Numbered from the stretch's first letter, positions 1 through 11,934 are shown. The stretch: DNA of 64,000 bases from Heterodontus francisci (GCF_036365525.1 NC_090399.1:31342430-31406429), one strand, 5' to 3'. Made by a program: numbers and translations. Notes: a model not told the origin generated them from the sequence alone.

Positions 1-3000
1 AAGGCAATGCACAATTTTGTAAGTGATAAGCTTCAGCCTTGAAGGCTTGGAAATGCCTGGCAGAAATCCAATTTGAAGTTTTCAAAAAAGCTTTGCTTCA
101 ATTGGACCAAAGTTTAAAATCAGCTATTGCTTTTGTTTGCAGTTTAAATTAAAGACATGTCTTACTGATTGTTAAAGGATGAATAATGGAAATACTGGAA
201 GGCTTTTAAAGTTAGTTTAAGAGGCTGGTGTTAAATCTTCGTTATAATAATATTAAATAACCTTTTCTTTAGTTTTTGGTTTATTACAATCAACTGAAAA
301 TGCGCCAGAAGAAAGAACATGAAAAGTGATGTAATTTACCTTTTCTTTTTAAAAAGTATGTGCTATTCTGTTCTGTGTGTAGTTCATATGCATTGGTTTG
401 AATTAAATTCAAATTTTAAGGTTAACTGACCTGTTAAATTGAGAAAATTGGAATTTCATTAGTGATCACAATGAACTTTGAAGTTATCATTTCATGGTAT
501 AACGGAGTATTTAATTCCTAATATAAGGCTTGCTCGTATATAACATTGGCTCTTTTGACTTGTAAATGTTTATTGCTGTGAATTTGAATTGGGAATCATC
601 CTTGTTGTGTCAAAAAAATTATTGGATTAGGAACCTCTAACAAAATGTTAAAAGTTTGGAAACAATTGGGGTTCAATAGAAAATGCTGCCTTCCCTAATG
701 GAGATGTTTTGAAGTTTAAAGGAAGATCAAAATCTTTAAAAAAGCAGTTTAAGTGGTTTCTATGAATACAGTGGATATGGGAAGAAATCAATGGAACATT
801 AACAGAACCCTGTCATCCCAGCAACACTGTTACTTGAATTTTGAATAATTTTGAGCTGCACAAAGTCCAGTGCAATTCAGCAAGTTACGTTTAAAAAACT
901 AAAATGTCATCTAAGATCAAGAACAAACAAATAAACGAAGGATAAAACATAAAATGTAATTGTCACGCTGTGTCATGAGCGCATAAGAGAGTGGGTGCGT
1001 GGTGCACAGCAGTCATGAGGAAAGATAAAGGATCTTAGAAAGTTGGCAGTAAATAATTTGGGGTGGTTTTACCATTTTAGGGTATTGTCCTGAACAGACT
1101 TAGACAGGAGTCAGGAAGAAAACACATGTGTTCATAAGCTTTGCTTTGGTGTATTAAATCAGTGTCCTGTTATTTCCTTGTCTGTGTTAGCTCCGACTGT
1201 GTCACCAGGCTAATGGCTTACTAACCCTCAGTGGTCCTGGTCCTGCATGATGGTCGAAAGTTTTGATAGCTGCATAAACTGCATGAGAAGTTGTTAAAGC
1301 ACACGTTTTGTTTTGGCAAGGGAAAAGAGAGAAGGGTTGCTTTAAGGGGGACGATAGGTAATGATACTCAGCATTGTCAATTCGATTGTTCCAGTTGGTG
1401 AAAAACTCAAGGGTCACATTTCCGTGACGCCCCACGCTTGTGAGAGGCTGCTGTTTGAAGTTTCACAGATTTAAACAAAGGACCAAGACCACTGATGCAT
1501 TTTATTTCCTTTGTTTTGTTTTTTTTCATCTTAAGTTGTTAAGTTGAATGAGTGTTGCAGAAATTGTGTGGATAATGTATGTGTGTAACGTTTAATGTGC
1601 TTTCTTCCCTAAAGGGTGGTCGCACAAAAGATTTGTCAGCGCATTAAAAATAAGAAGGTATTTCACAATGAGGAATATGAATTGGATCAAAAGGAAGGTG
1701 TAAACAAGCTAAATGTTTAAGTTATAAGAGATTCGAGTTGCGACTTCTGGTCGACAGTCACAACCCGACTGTATTTTGATGAACGTGGGAATTTTAATCT
1801 AAAAACGTTCGCTGCACCCCCTTTTAGACGAGCAGAAAGTTAACCCTTTCCACTAGCAGTTGAAGCTGGCCATACAACTTTCAAAATTTATCGCAACAAG
1901 ATTGCTCAGAGGTTCAGGAATTTGATCAGACATCTACAATGAATTGAAGCTGATGAATTAAACGAAATTACTTTGTGTTGGTATTCTCACCTGAAATTTA
2001 AAGAGATTCAAGTTAAACAATAAAACCACACACACGGACCTGGTGGTTTCTGCTTGGACAACAGTAAATATTGGACTAAATATGCAAACACCATCACTGT
2101 CTGTTAGCTCAGAGCTTTAGTGAAGGTATCTATCCTGGATAGATAGATTGAAAAGGGAAAAATCTAAAAGTCAAGAGATTCATACTTTACCTTCCAGGAA
2201 TGCCACATGGGGTGACGCCACTCCTGATGGTCTCAAGTCAAATGACATGACTCACATTCTGTTTCTGCCAACAGGAGGGCCAGTAACAGATCGCTTAGTT
2301 ATTTTGTTTCAGCTGAACCACTAGAGCAATGGCAACCTGGTGGGTAGCAGTAACGGTGATCACTCTCCTGGTAACCAGAGCAGCAAGGGAGCCGCCCACT
2401 GCAAGTCTAAACAGAGCCACATGCCTCTATCCAAGACAGTACGTGCAACTATCTAAAGGAGGGAGCACCTCAAGGGCGTCTAACACCAGAGTGAACATCA
2501 TGGTGGGATGTACCAATCAGTCTCAAGTTGTTTGAGAACTCAAAGGGAACGGTCTGTGACATGTTGGATCAGGATTTGGTAGATAAGGTTGTTTCAGATA
2601 CTGAAGATATAAGATTTGGTATGGCCGCCCGACATATACATCAGGCTGTGAAAAGTTTAAATCTGATTAATTTGGACGAGGAAAGACAGGAACTCGTAGT
2701 TACACAACCTATAATGGGCGGAGTGGAGAGTAAAATCAAATCCCTGATGATTGTGCTTCAAGAACAAGCAAATAGTACCTATACAGGGGATATAAATTCG
2801 TATCCCTGGGGGTGCTGAGGGATGAGTTGGTGTGTATGTAGGACCCCGGGGATATATTGCTCCCTGTTTAAATAGTACTCTTCGATGAGAACATGAGCAT
2901 GTTGGACTGAGTTGCAGCATTACATCATCTGCTCTTGTAATACTCGGATACTGACTCTGCCATAGTGGTATCCATTAGCCCTCTTGATGAAGCGTTGAAG

Positions 3001-4261
3001 ACAGTGAAAACATCCACTTCCCAAATGGTGCTTTTTGACGGACGAGACAAGGTTCTTATACTGAGGATTGGATTGTAATACTAATCACACCACTGATTCC
3101 TTTTCAGTAAAACTACATGACTCACAGTGGGGGATTTCCATCTTGCGGGCAAGGTCCTCATTCGTATGTGTTCCCAGAAAGAATAGCCTGGAAGTGATGC
3201 AAAGGGCCTCAGCCAACACTAGGAGATGTAGGAGCAAATCCGTCAAACAATCGCAAGGGGCAAGGTGCAGGTGAACCTAGCCAAAGGACTGGCTAGAGTA
3301 TTGGAGGACTTGGCCAGAAATCAAGCCAAGATGGCAGGAATGGGAATAACTGATGGGAAGTGGGAAAGATCGCTACAGCAATTGTGACCATTGCAGCCCT
3401 GGTAGTTGGAGCCTGCATTTGTTGCTGGCAGAGGCTGATGTTATCCCAAGCGGTGCAGATGATGATATTGGCCAACAAAGGGTGCACCCTAGTATCCACC
3501 GCAGTTGAAGCCCCTCTCCCAGGGAATATTAAACTCTGGAATATTTATGAGGATTTTGCTATCTAAGGGCTAATAGTTCCGGGCCCTGCCTAGGTCAATA
3601 GGACTTCAGTGAAGCCGTATGAGAACGGTCGACCATGAGATCTGAAACCCACTGAACTCCAGTAGGATACCTGGAGCAATTGGTGAGTGAGGGATGTTGG
3701 GAATGACCCGACTGGGTCTGGTGCTGCGTCTGACCAGAGGTCCAAAAGGAAGGACTGAAGTGGAAGCAGAAGGGTAATATTAATAGAATTAGTATTAGAA
3801 TGTATTAACGTTTAGAAGAATTACTGTAGTTGTAAGGGACCATGGAATGATGGGATGCTGGAGCACTCTGCTGGAACTGTGCAACTCTGTACTTAATTGC
3901 CTTCGCAGTCTGTGTAAACATGCTTTTCTTGTTTCACTGATCAAAGAGATAAGGGGAAAGGCTGGAGACGAGACAAGCAGCAAATTATGGGAGCTGGCAG
4001 ATTCAAGGTTTGGGAGGAGATAGCAGGAGAATGTTTGTGGGGCAATACAATCCAGGTTATTGATCAAGCTGCAGACCTATAATGTATCAGGGTAGTAACA
4101 ATAAGTAATGGTTATTGTGTCCTATAAATGCGTGCTCCACTCTCTCTTTCACTCAGAAGCTGTTTGGGTGACCAGAGGGCTTCTCCCTTAAAGTTGTTTG
4201 ATTGAAAGCCTTTATTTGCTTGAATCCCGTGGTCTCGAGAGTGGTTATGTTCTCCATAACA
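1..4261 (+). mobile_element. 3' part of the same LTR element in copy 1 (3' LTR 3756..4261)
   Basis: Colinear with 39677..44617: PPT, TG...CA LTR and right TSD AGAA. Confidence 0.9.
2329..3566 (+). pseudogene. Decayed envelope-like type I glycoprotein gene, copy 1
   Basis: Signal peptide MATWWVAVTVITLLVTRAA, frameshifted ectodomain fragments, and a C-terminal TM KIATAIVTIAALVVGACICCW just before the PPT and 3' LTR. Upstream acceptor tttctgccaacag. Confidence 0.7.
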
Positions 4262-4670
4262 AGAACAACCCTAGCTTCTCCGACTTCACCTTGTAACTAC
4301 AATCCTCCATCACTGGAACCATTCTGGGAAATCGCCTCTCCACTCTCTCCAGGACCCTCACATTCTTCCGGAGGTGTTGTGACCAGAACTTGATGCAGTC
4401 CTCCAGTTGGAGCCTAACTAGAGCTTTATAAAAGTTCAGCATAACTTCCATGATTTAGTACTCAATGCCTCTATTTATGAATCCCAAGATCCCATATGCT
4501 TTACTAACTGGTCTCTCAATATGTCATGCTATCTTCAAAGACCCCCAGGTCCTTTTGTCCCTGCAAATTGTTTAGAACAGTACCATTAAGTATATATTGT
4601 CTTACCCTATACCTTCTGCCAAAAAGCATGATCTCACACTTGGTTGTATTAAATTCCACTGGCCACTTTT
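4262..4670 (-). mobile_element. Old CR1 fragment that was the target of the LTR element (copy 2 44618..45030, continuing at ~37530..37918)
   Basis: EVMLNFYKALVRLQLEDCIKFWS...LERVERRFPRM. Confidence 0.85.
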
Positions 4671-5549
4671 CTGATTTAAGTGGATGCTGGATCAGTACAT
4701 GAGAAAGAAAGCAATAGAGGTTATGCTGACAGAGTTAGATGAAGGAGGATGGGAAGAGGCTCAGGTGGAGCAGAAAAACTGGCATAGACAAAGTGGGTTA
4801 AAAGGTTTGTTTCTGTGCTATATTTTCTCTGCAATTGTACATACAATAAATCAAAATTAAATTCTTGGGACTTGTCGCTTTGTGAAGATCAGTGTACCAA
4901 TAGGTTCTAACTAAATTGCTATTTTAAGGGATAAATTTACCTGTTTATTAGACACACTAGCCTGTGTGTTCTAGCAATTGAGAAAAACAACTTTACACAA
5001 TCCCATTAAACCTCTATGCATCTGTTTCCCACACATAATGTGAAAGCGTAAGACATGTAGCATGAACACCTCGAGCAGAGGGTGTCCTAGCTTTTGTCTT
5101 CCTGGGCCACACAGCCTTGGGAAAGGACTCATACGTGAAGTCTACTCCAAATCTTATTGATTTGCAGTTGGCTCAAGTTGCTCTTCGGAACAGATTTGTG
5201 TTTTAATTCAGGATTTATCCTGAAACCAGGCACCATTGACGGGAGAACATAGCTCTTTGCAACCTTCCATGAAACCACCAAAGTGAGAAATGTTGTAGAA
5301 ATAATCTTGGTCAGTAGCACACAATGGGAAATATTGCACCTGCTAAATGTTCAGCCTGATAATCCAATCCTTTCCAGTCAATGGGTGTAGTTGCATAGTA
5401 TTTATGTTACAGAACCAAATTGCAGAGGCCTGTACTAATGATCCAGAGGCATGAGGACACAAACCCATCCCATCAGCTGGAGAAATTAAATGCAGTAAAT
5501 TAACTAAATTTGGAATTTAAATATTAAATTAAATAAATAGGGAATGAAC

Positions 5550-5995
5550 AGGTTGTCTTATGAGGGAATGTTGGACAGGCTAGGCTTGTAGCCGCTGGAG
5601 TTTAGAAGAGGAAGAGGCGACTTGATTGAAACATCTAAGGTCCTGAGGGGTAGATGTAGTAAGCTGTTTTTCCCATGTGGGAGTATCTGGAACTAGGGGT
5701 CACTATTTAGAAATACAGAGTCACCTATTTAAGACATAAGTTAGATATTTTTTTCTCAGATGGTCGTGAGTCCTTGGAATGCTCTTCCACAAAAGTCGGT
5801 GCAAGCAGTCTTTGAATATGTTTAAGGCAGAGGCAGATAGATTCTTGCTAAGCAAGGCGGTGAAAGGTTATTGGGGTTAGGCGGGATGTGGAGTTGAGGT
5901 TACAATCAGATCAGTCATGATGTTATCGAATGGCGGATCAGGCTCAAGGGCCAAGTGGCCTACTTCTCTTCCTAATTTGTATGTTCATATGTTCG
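5550..5995 (+). mobile_element. CR1 3' fragment (copy 2 ~47250..47780)
   Basis: Decayed LSYE..L..LGL..LE.RR.RGDLIE, then the 3'UTR and tatgttc tail. Confidence 0.8.
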
Positions 5996-6139
5996 TACTA
6001 CATCACTGTACCCATTAGCCAATGTACCCCTAGAGCTGCCAATTGGATACCTCGCACTTAATTATTCAAAGTAAATCTTCCCACCACAATATTGCACAAC
6101 CTTAGCGCTTGTCAAACAGCAAAGAATAGACATCCTTAC

Positions 6140-6253
6140 CTTTCTTTCTGCATAACCGCACACAGCGGAGTGCAACAATTAGAAGGACGCCTCCTGTCAC
6201 TGGTGCACTGATGAACAGGATTAGTAACAGACCGTTGATAGATCCTGTTTTTT
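6140..6253 (-). CDS. Transmembrane exon of the NCR3-like gene, copy 1 (uncharged TM)
   Basis: Strong acceptor ctttctctcttttccatag, donor AG|GTAAGG, 114 nt, phase 1-1 and in frame with V1: EKTGSINGLLLILFISAPVTGGVLLIVALRCVRLCRKK. Hydrophobic helix followed by a basic stop-transfer segment. Confidence 0.85.
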
Positions 6254-6284
6254 CTATGGAAAAGAGAGAAAGTCAGATAGAGGC

Positions 6285-6870
6285 GTTGGGACATGTGAGC
6301 AGCAAGAGGCCATTCAACCCCTCGCATCTGTTCCATCATTCAATTAGTTCATGATCGATATGAATCTGACTTATCTGCCACCTTCGTTTTATATCCCTTA
6401 TCACCATTGCCTAAAGAAATCGATAAATTTCAATTTGAACTTTTCAATTTACCTCATCGTCCGTTTTATGGAGGACAGCTCCATATTTCCACCAACTTTT
6501 GTGCGAGGAAATGCCTTCTGAATTCGCTGTTGAATCGCCTAGCTCTAATTTTAAGGTTATGCCCCCTAATTCTTGACCGCCCTCACCAGAAGAAATAATT
6601 TATCTCCATGTGAATACCAAATCCTTTAATCATCTTAAACACCACACCCTAGCATTATTCTGGTGTGTCATGATCCTCTAAGGTCAACATATCCTTCCTG
6701 TGGTGCCGAGAATTGAATGCAATACACCAGATGCAGATCAAATGGAGCTTTAAGTGAATGTACAATAACTTTCCCACTTTTGTATTCAAACCTACCGATG
6801 GGATAAAAACTAACATTCCATTTGCTTTTTTGTTTAGTTTTTGTACTTGCCCTCTTGCTGTTAGAATAAT
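6285..6870 (-). mobile_element. CR1 3' fragment in the V2-TM intron (copy 2 ~48070..48660)
   Basis: KKANGMLVFI remnant and the reverse complement of the CR1 3'UTR (aggccattcaacccctcg). Confidence 0.7.
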
Positions 6871-7240
6871 CATCTCAGTTGACTTCCAAAGTGACTACCA
6901 GACTCTTTTGTAAGTTCCAGGAGCACGATTTGCTTATGATAAGCTCTTACTAACTGAAACATCAGACACTCGGGATGGTGGTGGAATGGTGGTGGAAGCA
7001 CTGACGGTAAAAGCTACACAGCTATTTTAACATTGCAACTATCCCACTTACAACAGGCAGAACAAATTAAAATCCACTCCGCCCAATCCCAGACGGGGAA
7101 AGGACAGTGTCTGATCGACTGCCCCACCTATTCGCAGAGGAGGAAGGGACAGTGTCTGACCCACTGCAACATCCAGTCCTCAAGTATACGGATAATTGTA
7201 ATTGCAGTTTGATGATATTGCAGACAGGAGAATGACAGAC

Positions 7241-7572
7241 CTCTCACAGTGACAAATGTTCCTGCTCCATACTTCTTGTCGAGTCCTTTCATTTTCACGC
7301 TGCAGTAATCAATCCCGGAATCGTTCACTCTCACCGCCTTTATTTTAATGGAAGCGTTTTAAAAATGCTCCGCTTTGGGCCAAAAGATCCGTCCTCTGTA
7401 TCCTGCTTCTCCATTAGAAACATTTGTTCCATTTCTGGCATTCTTGTACCAGTTATAACAATCCTTCCCAATAGACACATTGGCTGTGTGGATACAGGGG
7501 ATGAGCACTGACTCCCCTCCACCGCCTGAATACTCGGTAACTTCTGAATAACTCTGAACTCGGCGTTAATGC
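7241..7572 (-). pseudogene. Second NCR3-like VJ exon (V2), copy 1: 1-nt frameshift plus premature TAA
   Basis: Acceptor gtttctag|GC, donor AG|GTCTGT, 332 nt. (G)INAEFRVIQKLPSIQAVE / frameshift / ...WYKNARNGTNVSNGEAGYRGRIFWPKAEHF*NASIKIKAVRVNDSGIDYCSVKMKGLDKKYGAGTFVTVR. Confidence 0.85.
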
Positions 7573-8082
7573 CTAGAAACCAAATAAATTTAAAATTGCT
7601 GCTTTATGATTGGAAGTTGGAGCTTCCTGAGACAGCCGTGCAGGAGCGGATATGAAGGGCCGACTTTCAAAGTGGATTTATTTGTGTCAGCCCATCCCCT
7701 TTTTACTTATGCAAACAACCAACTAATAACGTGTGCTGTTTTTAATATGGAAGATCCTCCGTTATTTAAACACAAATTGGACAAAAGGTTGCCCCCTCGG
7801 TCGCCCGTTATATACATCGCCCCATATTCAGTTCCACAGACTTCAGTCGCACTGAATATCACATGTGTGGTATAAAGGGTGGTAAAAGCTATCGCGTGCC
7901 TGTTCTGTGTCCCTGTCTGTGTCAACATTCACCCCCAGTCAGTAACCGGTTGATTAACATGGTTAAATAGTCTCTCTGCAGCTCAGGCTGAGTCCGTCTT
8001 GGAGTCCACCACCACGCAGCCATTGTGACAGATGCTCCAGTTGGAGATAGGGCCCCCATATTGTGCAACTGATCCCCAAACC

Positions 8083-8158
8083 GCTCCCCCTCCTCCCCCC
8101 ACCCACCCCACCGCCCCCTCCCCCCCCCCCCCCCCCCCACACCTCCTCCCCCGCCCAC
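8083..8158 (-). repeat. Intronic G-run tract (C-rich on plus) just downstream of the V1 donor; copy 2 ~49871..49945
   Basis: Many G3+ runs and one long homopolymer on the transcribed strand. Confidence 0.85.
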
Positions 8159-8200
8159 ATCCATTGCTTATTTAATATTGCAGGCAGGAGAATGACTGAC

Positions 8201-8542
8201 CTCTCACCGTGAGATTTGTTCCCGCTCCATATTCCTCGCCCAGTTGCATCATTCGCACTTTGCAGTAATACACCCCGGCATCGTTCAGTCTCACGTCCTT
8301 TATTTGGATGGAAGCATCTGCAGTATGAATGAAATCCTCTTTGTGGCTGTAGATCCGTCCGCTGTACTCTGCTGTCTCATTGGAAACTTCTATGCCTTTC
8401 CTGCCATTCTTGTACCAGCTATAAGTCCCTATCAGCTTGGAGACGTTGGCTGTATAGGTACAGGGGAGGGAGACTGTTTGTCCTTCATCTGCCTGAATCC
8501 TGGGCACATTTTGAATAACTGTGAGCTTCTCGGTGTTAATTC
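8201..8542 (-). CDS. NCR3: NCR3/NKp30-like VJ-type Ig V-set exon (V1), copy 1, intact, phase 1-1
   Basis: Acceptor ttttattgattttcag|GA, donor AG|GTCAGT, 342 nt. Translation (G)INTEKLTVIQNVPRIQADEGQTVSLPC...IGTYSWYK...EVSNETAEYSGRI...DAGVYYC...YGAGTNLTVR. Has the B/F-strand Cys, C-strand Trp and a J-like GxGTxLTV in the same exon. By eye it tracks human NKp30 motifs (LPC, IGSVTW, GKEVRNGTPEFRGR, IRDVRGHDASIYVC, GNGTRLVV). Confidence 0.88.
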
Positions 8543-8579
8543 CTGAAAATCAATAAAAGAAAGACTCTATCAGATTAAA

Positions 8580-9430
8580 AGTTGTAAGTTTGAGAGACGA
8601 CATTAAGGCAAACAGCCAAAAGCTTGGTCAAAAAGGTAGGTTTTTAAGGATTGTCTTGAAAGGAGGAAAGCGATCAGGGGAGGTGTATGGAGGAAATTCC
8701 AGAGTTTGGGGCCTAGGCAGGGCCACCAGTGGTGGAGCAATTAAAATCGGGATGCTCAAGACGGCGGAATTCCAGGAGCATAGATATATCGGAGGGTTTG
8801 TGGGACTGCAGAAGATTACAGAGATTGGGAGGGGTGAGGCAATACAGGGGTTGAAAACAAGGATGAGAATTTTAAAATCGAGGCATTGCTTAACTGGGAG
8901 CTAATGTAGGTCAGCGAACACAGGGGTGGTAGGGGAACGGGACTTGATGCGAGTAAGAATACAGGCAGCAGGTTATTGGATGACCTCATGTTTAGGGAGG
9001 GTAGAATGTGGAAGGCCAGCCAGGAATGCATTGGAATAGTCAAGTCTAGAGGTGACAAAGGAATGCATGAGGGTTTCAGCAGCAGATGAGCTGACATGGC
9101 GCAGAGTTGGGCGATATAAAAGAGGTGAAAATAAGTGATCTTATTAGTACCTGTAAGATATGCAGTCCGAAGCTCATTGCAGGGTCAGATGTGACACCAA
9201 GATTATGAGCAATCGGGTTCTGCCTCAAACACTTGCCAGGGAGACGGATGGAGTTGGTAGCTAGGGAACAGAATTTGTAGTGGGGACTGAAGCCAATGGC
9301 TTCAACCTTCACAATCTTTAACGAGAGGAAAGTTCAGCTCACCCATTATTGAATGTCAGACTAACAGTCTGATATTTTAGCAACAGTGGAGGAGTCGAGA
9401 CAGGTGATTTTGAGGTTGAATAAATGACAG
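8580..9430 (-). mobile_element. L2-clade LINE 3' fragment (copy 2 ~50345..51197)
   Basis: Minus strand reads AETLMHSFVTSRLDYSNAFLAG, typical of the L2 RT C-terminus. Confidence 0.8.
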
Positions 9431-10680
9431 CTTGGGCAATACAACAGAAACTCATTGAGCAGTGCCTGTGCAATGTGTCCGCTTTGTTTTTGTATTGCAC
9501 ATTCAGTATTGCCCATTGTTGCACAGTCACCCAAGACAAACCTATACCCCTTAAGAAACAATGGAATGTCCGCTTACCTATGAGGGCAGCCAATATCCAT
9601 AGGATGGGGCTTGGGCTCATTTTCCTGCAGTGGAACGACGGATAAATCAGACAAAACATAAAGTTAACAGTCGAAGTTCGGAAATGAAAACACCTCATTG
9701 CAATTGGGATGGTGAGGACCACTGCAGATAAGAACGCGGAATGGTGGAGAGTGTGGGGGAGTTGTGTTTCCTCCTTGAGTACAACCCCCAGAAATTGCAC
9801 CCCGATTTGCGCCCAATTATGTACCCATTCTTCAGTTGTTCAAGTTACGCCCAAGTATCCACTCAATCTCATTACAATATGCCCGAATTGATAATGGTTA
9901 TAAATCAACATAAACCTTTGGTACTAAGGAAGCTCCAGAACCCAAAGCAGGATATATCATCTTTGTGTCTTAAAATTGCAGTTTCAACTTACTGAACCAC
10001 CATTCATTCACATCAAGCACACACTTTTATTAAGGACCAGCTGATCGGGGAAGCTTTTCAGTGTTTAATGTGACATTTACTTCGCCATAAAAATGTATTA
10101 AAAGAAAGGCAAACTACAATGCCAATCTAACTGAGGACACTTTTTTTAAAAAAAAGACTTAAATGCAATAAAAAAAAAAGTAAAACAAAATGATTGCTTT
10201 CTGAACTGCCTCAAAATCTGGGCCAGCCAATTCAGTTGGAGGATGTTTGGTCAGATTTGACATTTTGGATGTAACCAGTTTTGCGGGGAGAATCTGTTTG
10301 GAAGGGAAGGATTGCAGGAATATCAAGGATAGAGTAGAATTGTGCGTGTTGTAGCTATAGTCGGAACTCGCTTATGCCCAAACTTCCACGATGGTTTGAA
10401 CCACACAATTGGCGTGTGTCCAGAATACGTGGGCATCTGGGCGCAAATATGGCGGAAATTCTTCCTCTGTGTCCAGACATTTGCTGTCTTTGCTGTGGTT
10501 TAGTCATCTGAGCAGACGTGCTGAATGGGACGGATTGAAAAATGATGTTGGGTGCGATGGATAGATCCTAGGGTTCTACTGTTGAATGAAATATTTGTTC
10601 ACTCGTATCGTCACTGGATGATGAGCTCCCTGTTTCACCAGCTTCTCTATTATAGCTCACTCAGGACCTGCTGTACTCAC

Positions 10681-10730
10681 CCATTTTTGGGACCAGACAC
10701 AGAGATAAATAAGAAGAGGGTAATTTTAAC
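10681..10730 (-). other. Candidate (possibly degenerate) leader exon upstream of V1; copy 2 at ~52445..52494
   Basis: Consensus donor ATGG|GTGAGT, phase 1, reading ...SYLSLCLVPKM(G). Hydrophobic runs ITLFLFI and YPLLIYLC lie in the other frames. No in-frame upstream ATG within the exon. Confidence 0.35.
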
Positions 10731-11379
10731 TTTAATGTTGATTGGAAATAAACCGTGCAGATTTTAAAATAGAAAATGCGGTCAAATTAAAATTTGCAAT
10801 ATGTCAGACACGCAAAATACACAAGAAATTAAGCCACTTTTTAAGTTCTTTCCAACCACTTAATTTTGAACAACACACAAATTATTGTTTGTGACGTTGT
10901 TCACCTGATATGTAACGGTGAAACTTTCCTCTTAATTTTAGCAGAAATATCAACTGGATTAGATTAAAGTGGCTGCATTAGGTTTAGGGATAACCGGACA
11001 GTTTTCTTCGCTAGATTAAAGACAGAAATAGAAAATAAAATTGAGGCCCAAAAAAAAGATTACCTGTATAACGTAACTTTTAAAATGACTGCCAGCTCTT
11101 CTGCCAACACCGGTTGACTTCATGAAAATAAGCACAGGGAATATCTGAAATTAAAACAGAAACTGCTCAAAGTGCCCAGTAGCCCAGTCACTCGAGCTCC
11201 TTACCCCGGCTAAAGATAAAATCCATCAGCGTTATGAATATTTCTCTAACCCCAAGTCCTTTGCAATCATCCAGTTCCGCTCATCCCCAAACCAGCTTCC
11301 TTCCCTCACAATCGGTTCTATCTTCCCAGTATATCCTGGGGTAAAGACAGTTATTTCTGAACTCTACTTCTGCTGAAGG

Positions 11380-11930
11380 CTGTTTGATTTTTGCGCACAA
11401 ATCGTACAATTGTTACCTGAAAACTTTATCCGCAGACTGTCTTCCGGGAAAGTTTCACCGTTACATATCAGGTAAGCTTGCTCGCAGGAGCCCCCGCCTC
11501 TCCTGGACGCTGATCAGCGCAGCTCGCTTGCAGGCGTTTAATTTCACACACTTTGCAATGAGCTCGGCTTCTGGACCCGATACTTTACATTCCTGCAACG
11601 TCAAGCAGCCCCGTTTCTATGCCTATTTTCGCCGTGTTCACAAATAAACGCGCCTGTTCTGCTTGGAACGCGGTTTGAATGGCTGAGGACAGGCGAATCA
11701 ATTGTTCTATTTTAATCCATCAAGCATCCGGCTTGACGCAACCACAGAACCCATATCTCCTTCACCATTTTCAGAGACCGGCTCTGTCTCTCGATCATTT
11801 TAGCAAAATCTAATTTCCTGAACACAAGTAAAGCGCAGTAAGAAAACCGCCGAGAGCTCGCAATTTGAATGACGAGGATGGAGGAGTCATCAATAGTACA
11901 GCATATTCAGAGACACAATCATAGATCGAC
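11380..11930. promoter_or_regulatory. CpG-rich island, probable promoter region upstream of the NCR3-like gene, with a GAS/STAT palindrome TTCCGGGAA at 11442-11450 (copy 2 ~53144..53694)
   Basis: Visibly dense CpGs against a CpG-poor background, ~2.9 kb upstream of V1 on the gene's strand. TTCCGGGAA fits the TTCNNNGAA consensus. Confidence 0.45.
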
Positions 11931-11934
11931 CGAT

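Noticed and set aside
7922-8164. Gly-rich ORFs
   Set aside because: Translation of the intronic G tract; the frame differs between copies.
7241-8542. Rearranging TCR/Ig/IgNAR V segments
   Set aside because: The J-like G strand is encoded in the same exon and followed directly by a splice donor. There is no heptamer-spacer-nonamer and no C-domain exon.
9339-9800. 153-aa ORF conserved in both copies
   Set aside because: Conservation reflects the recent duplication. It overlaps repeat-derived sequence and has no recognisable domain.
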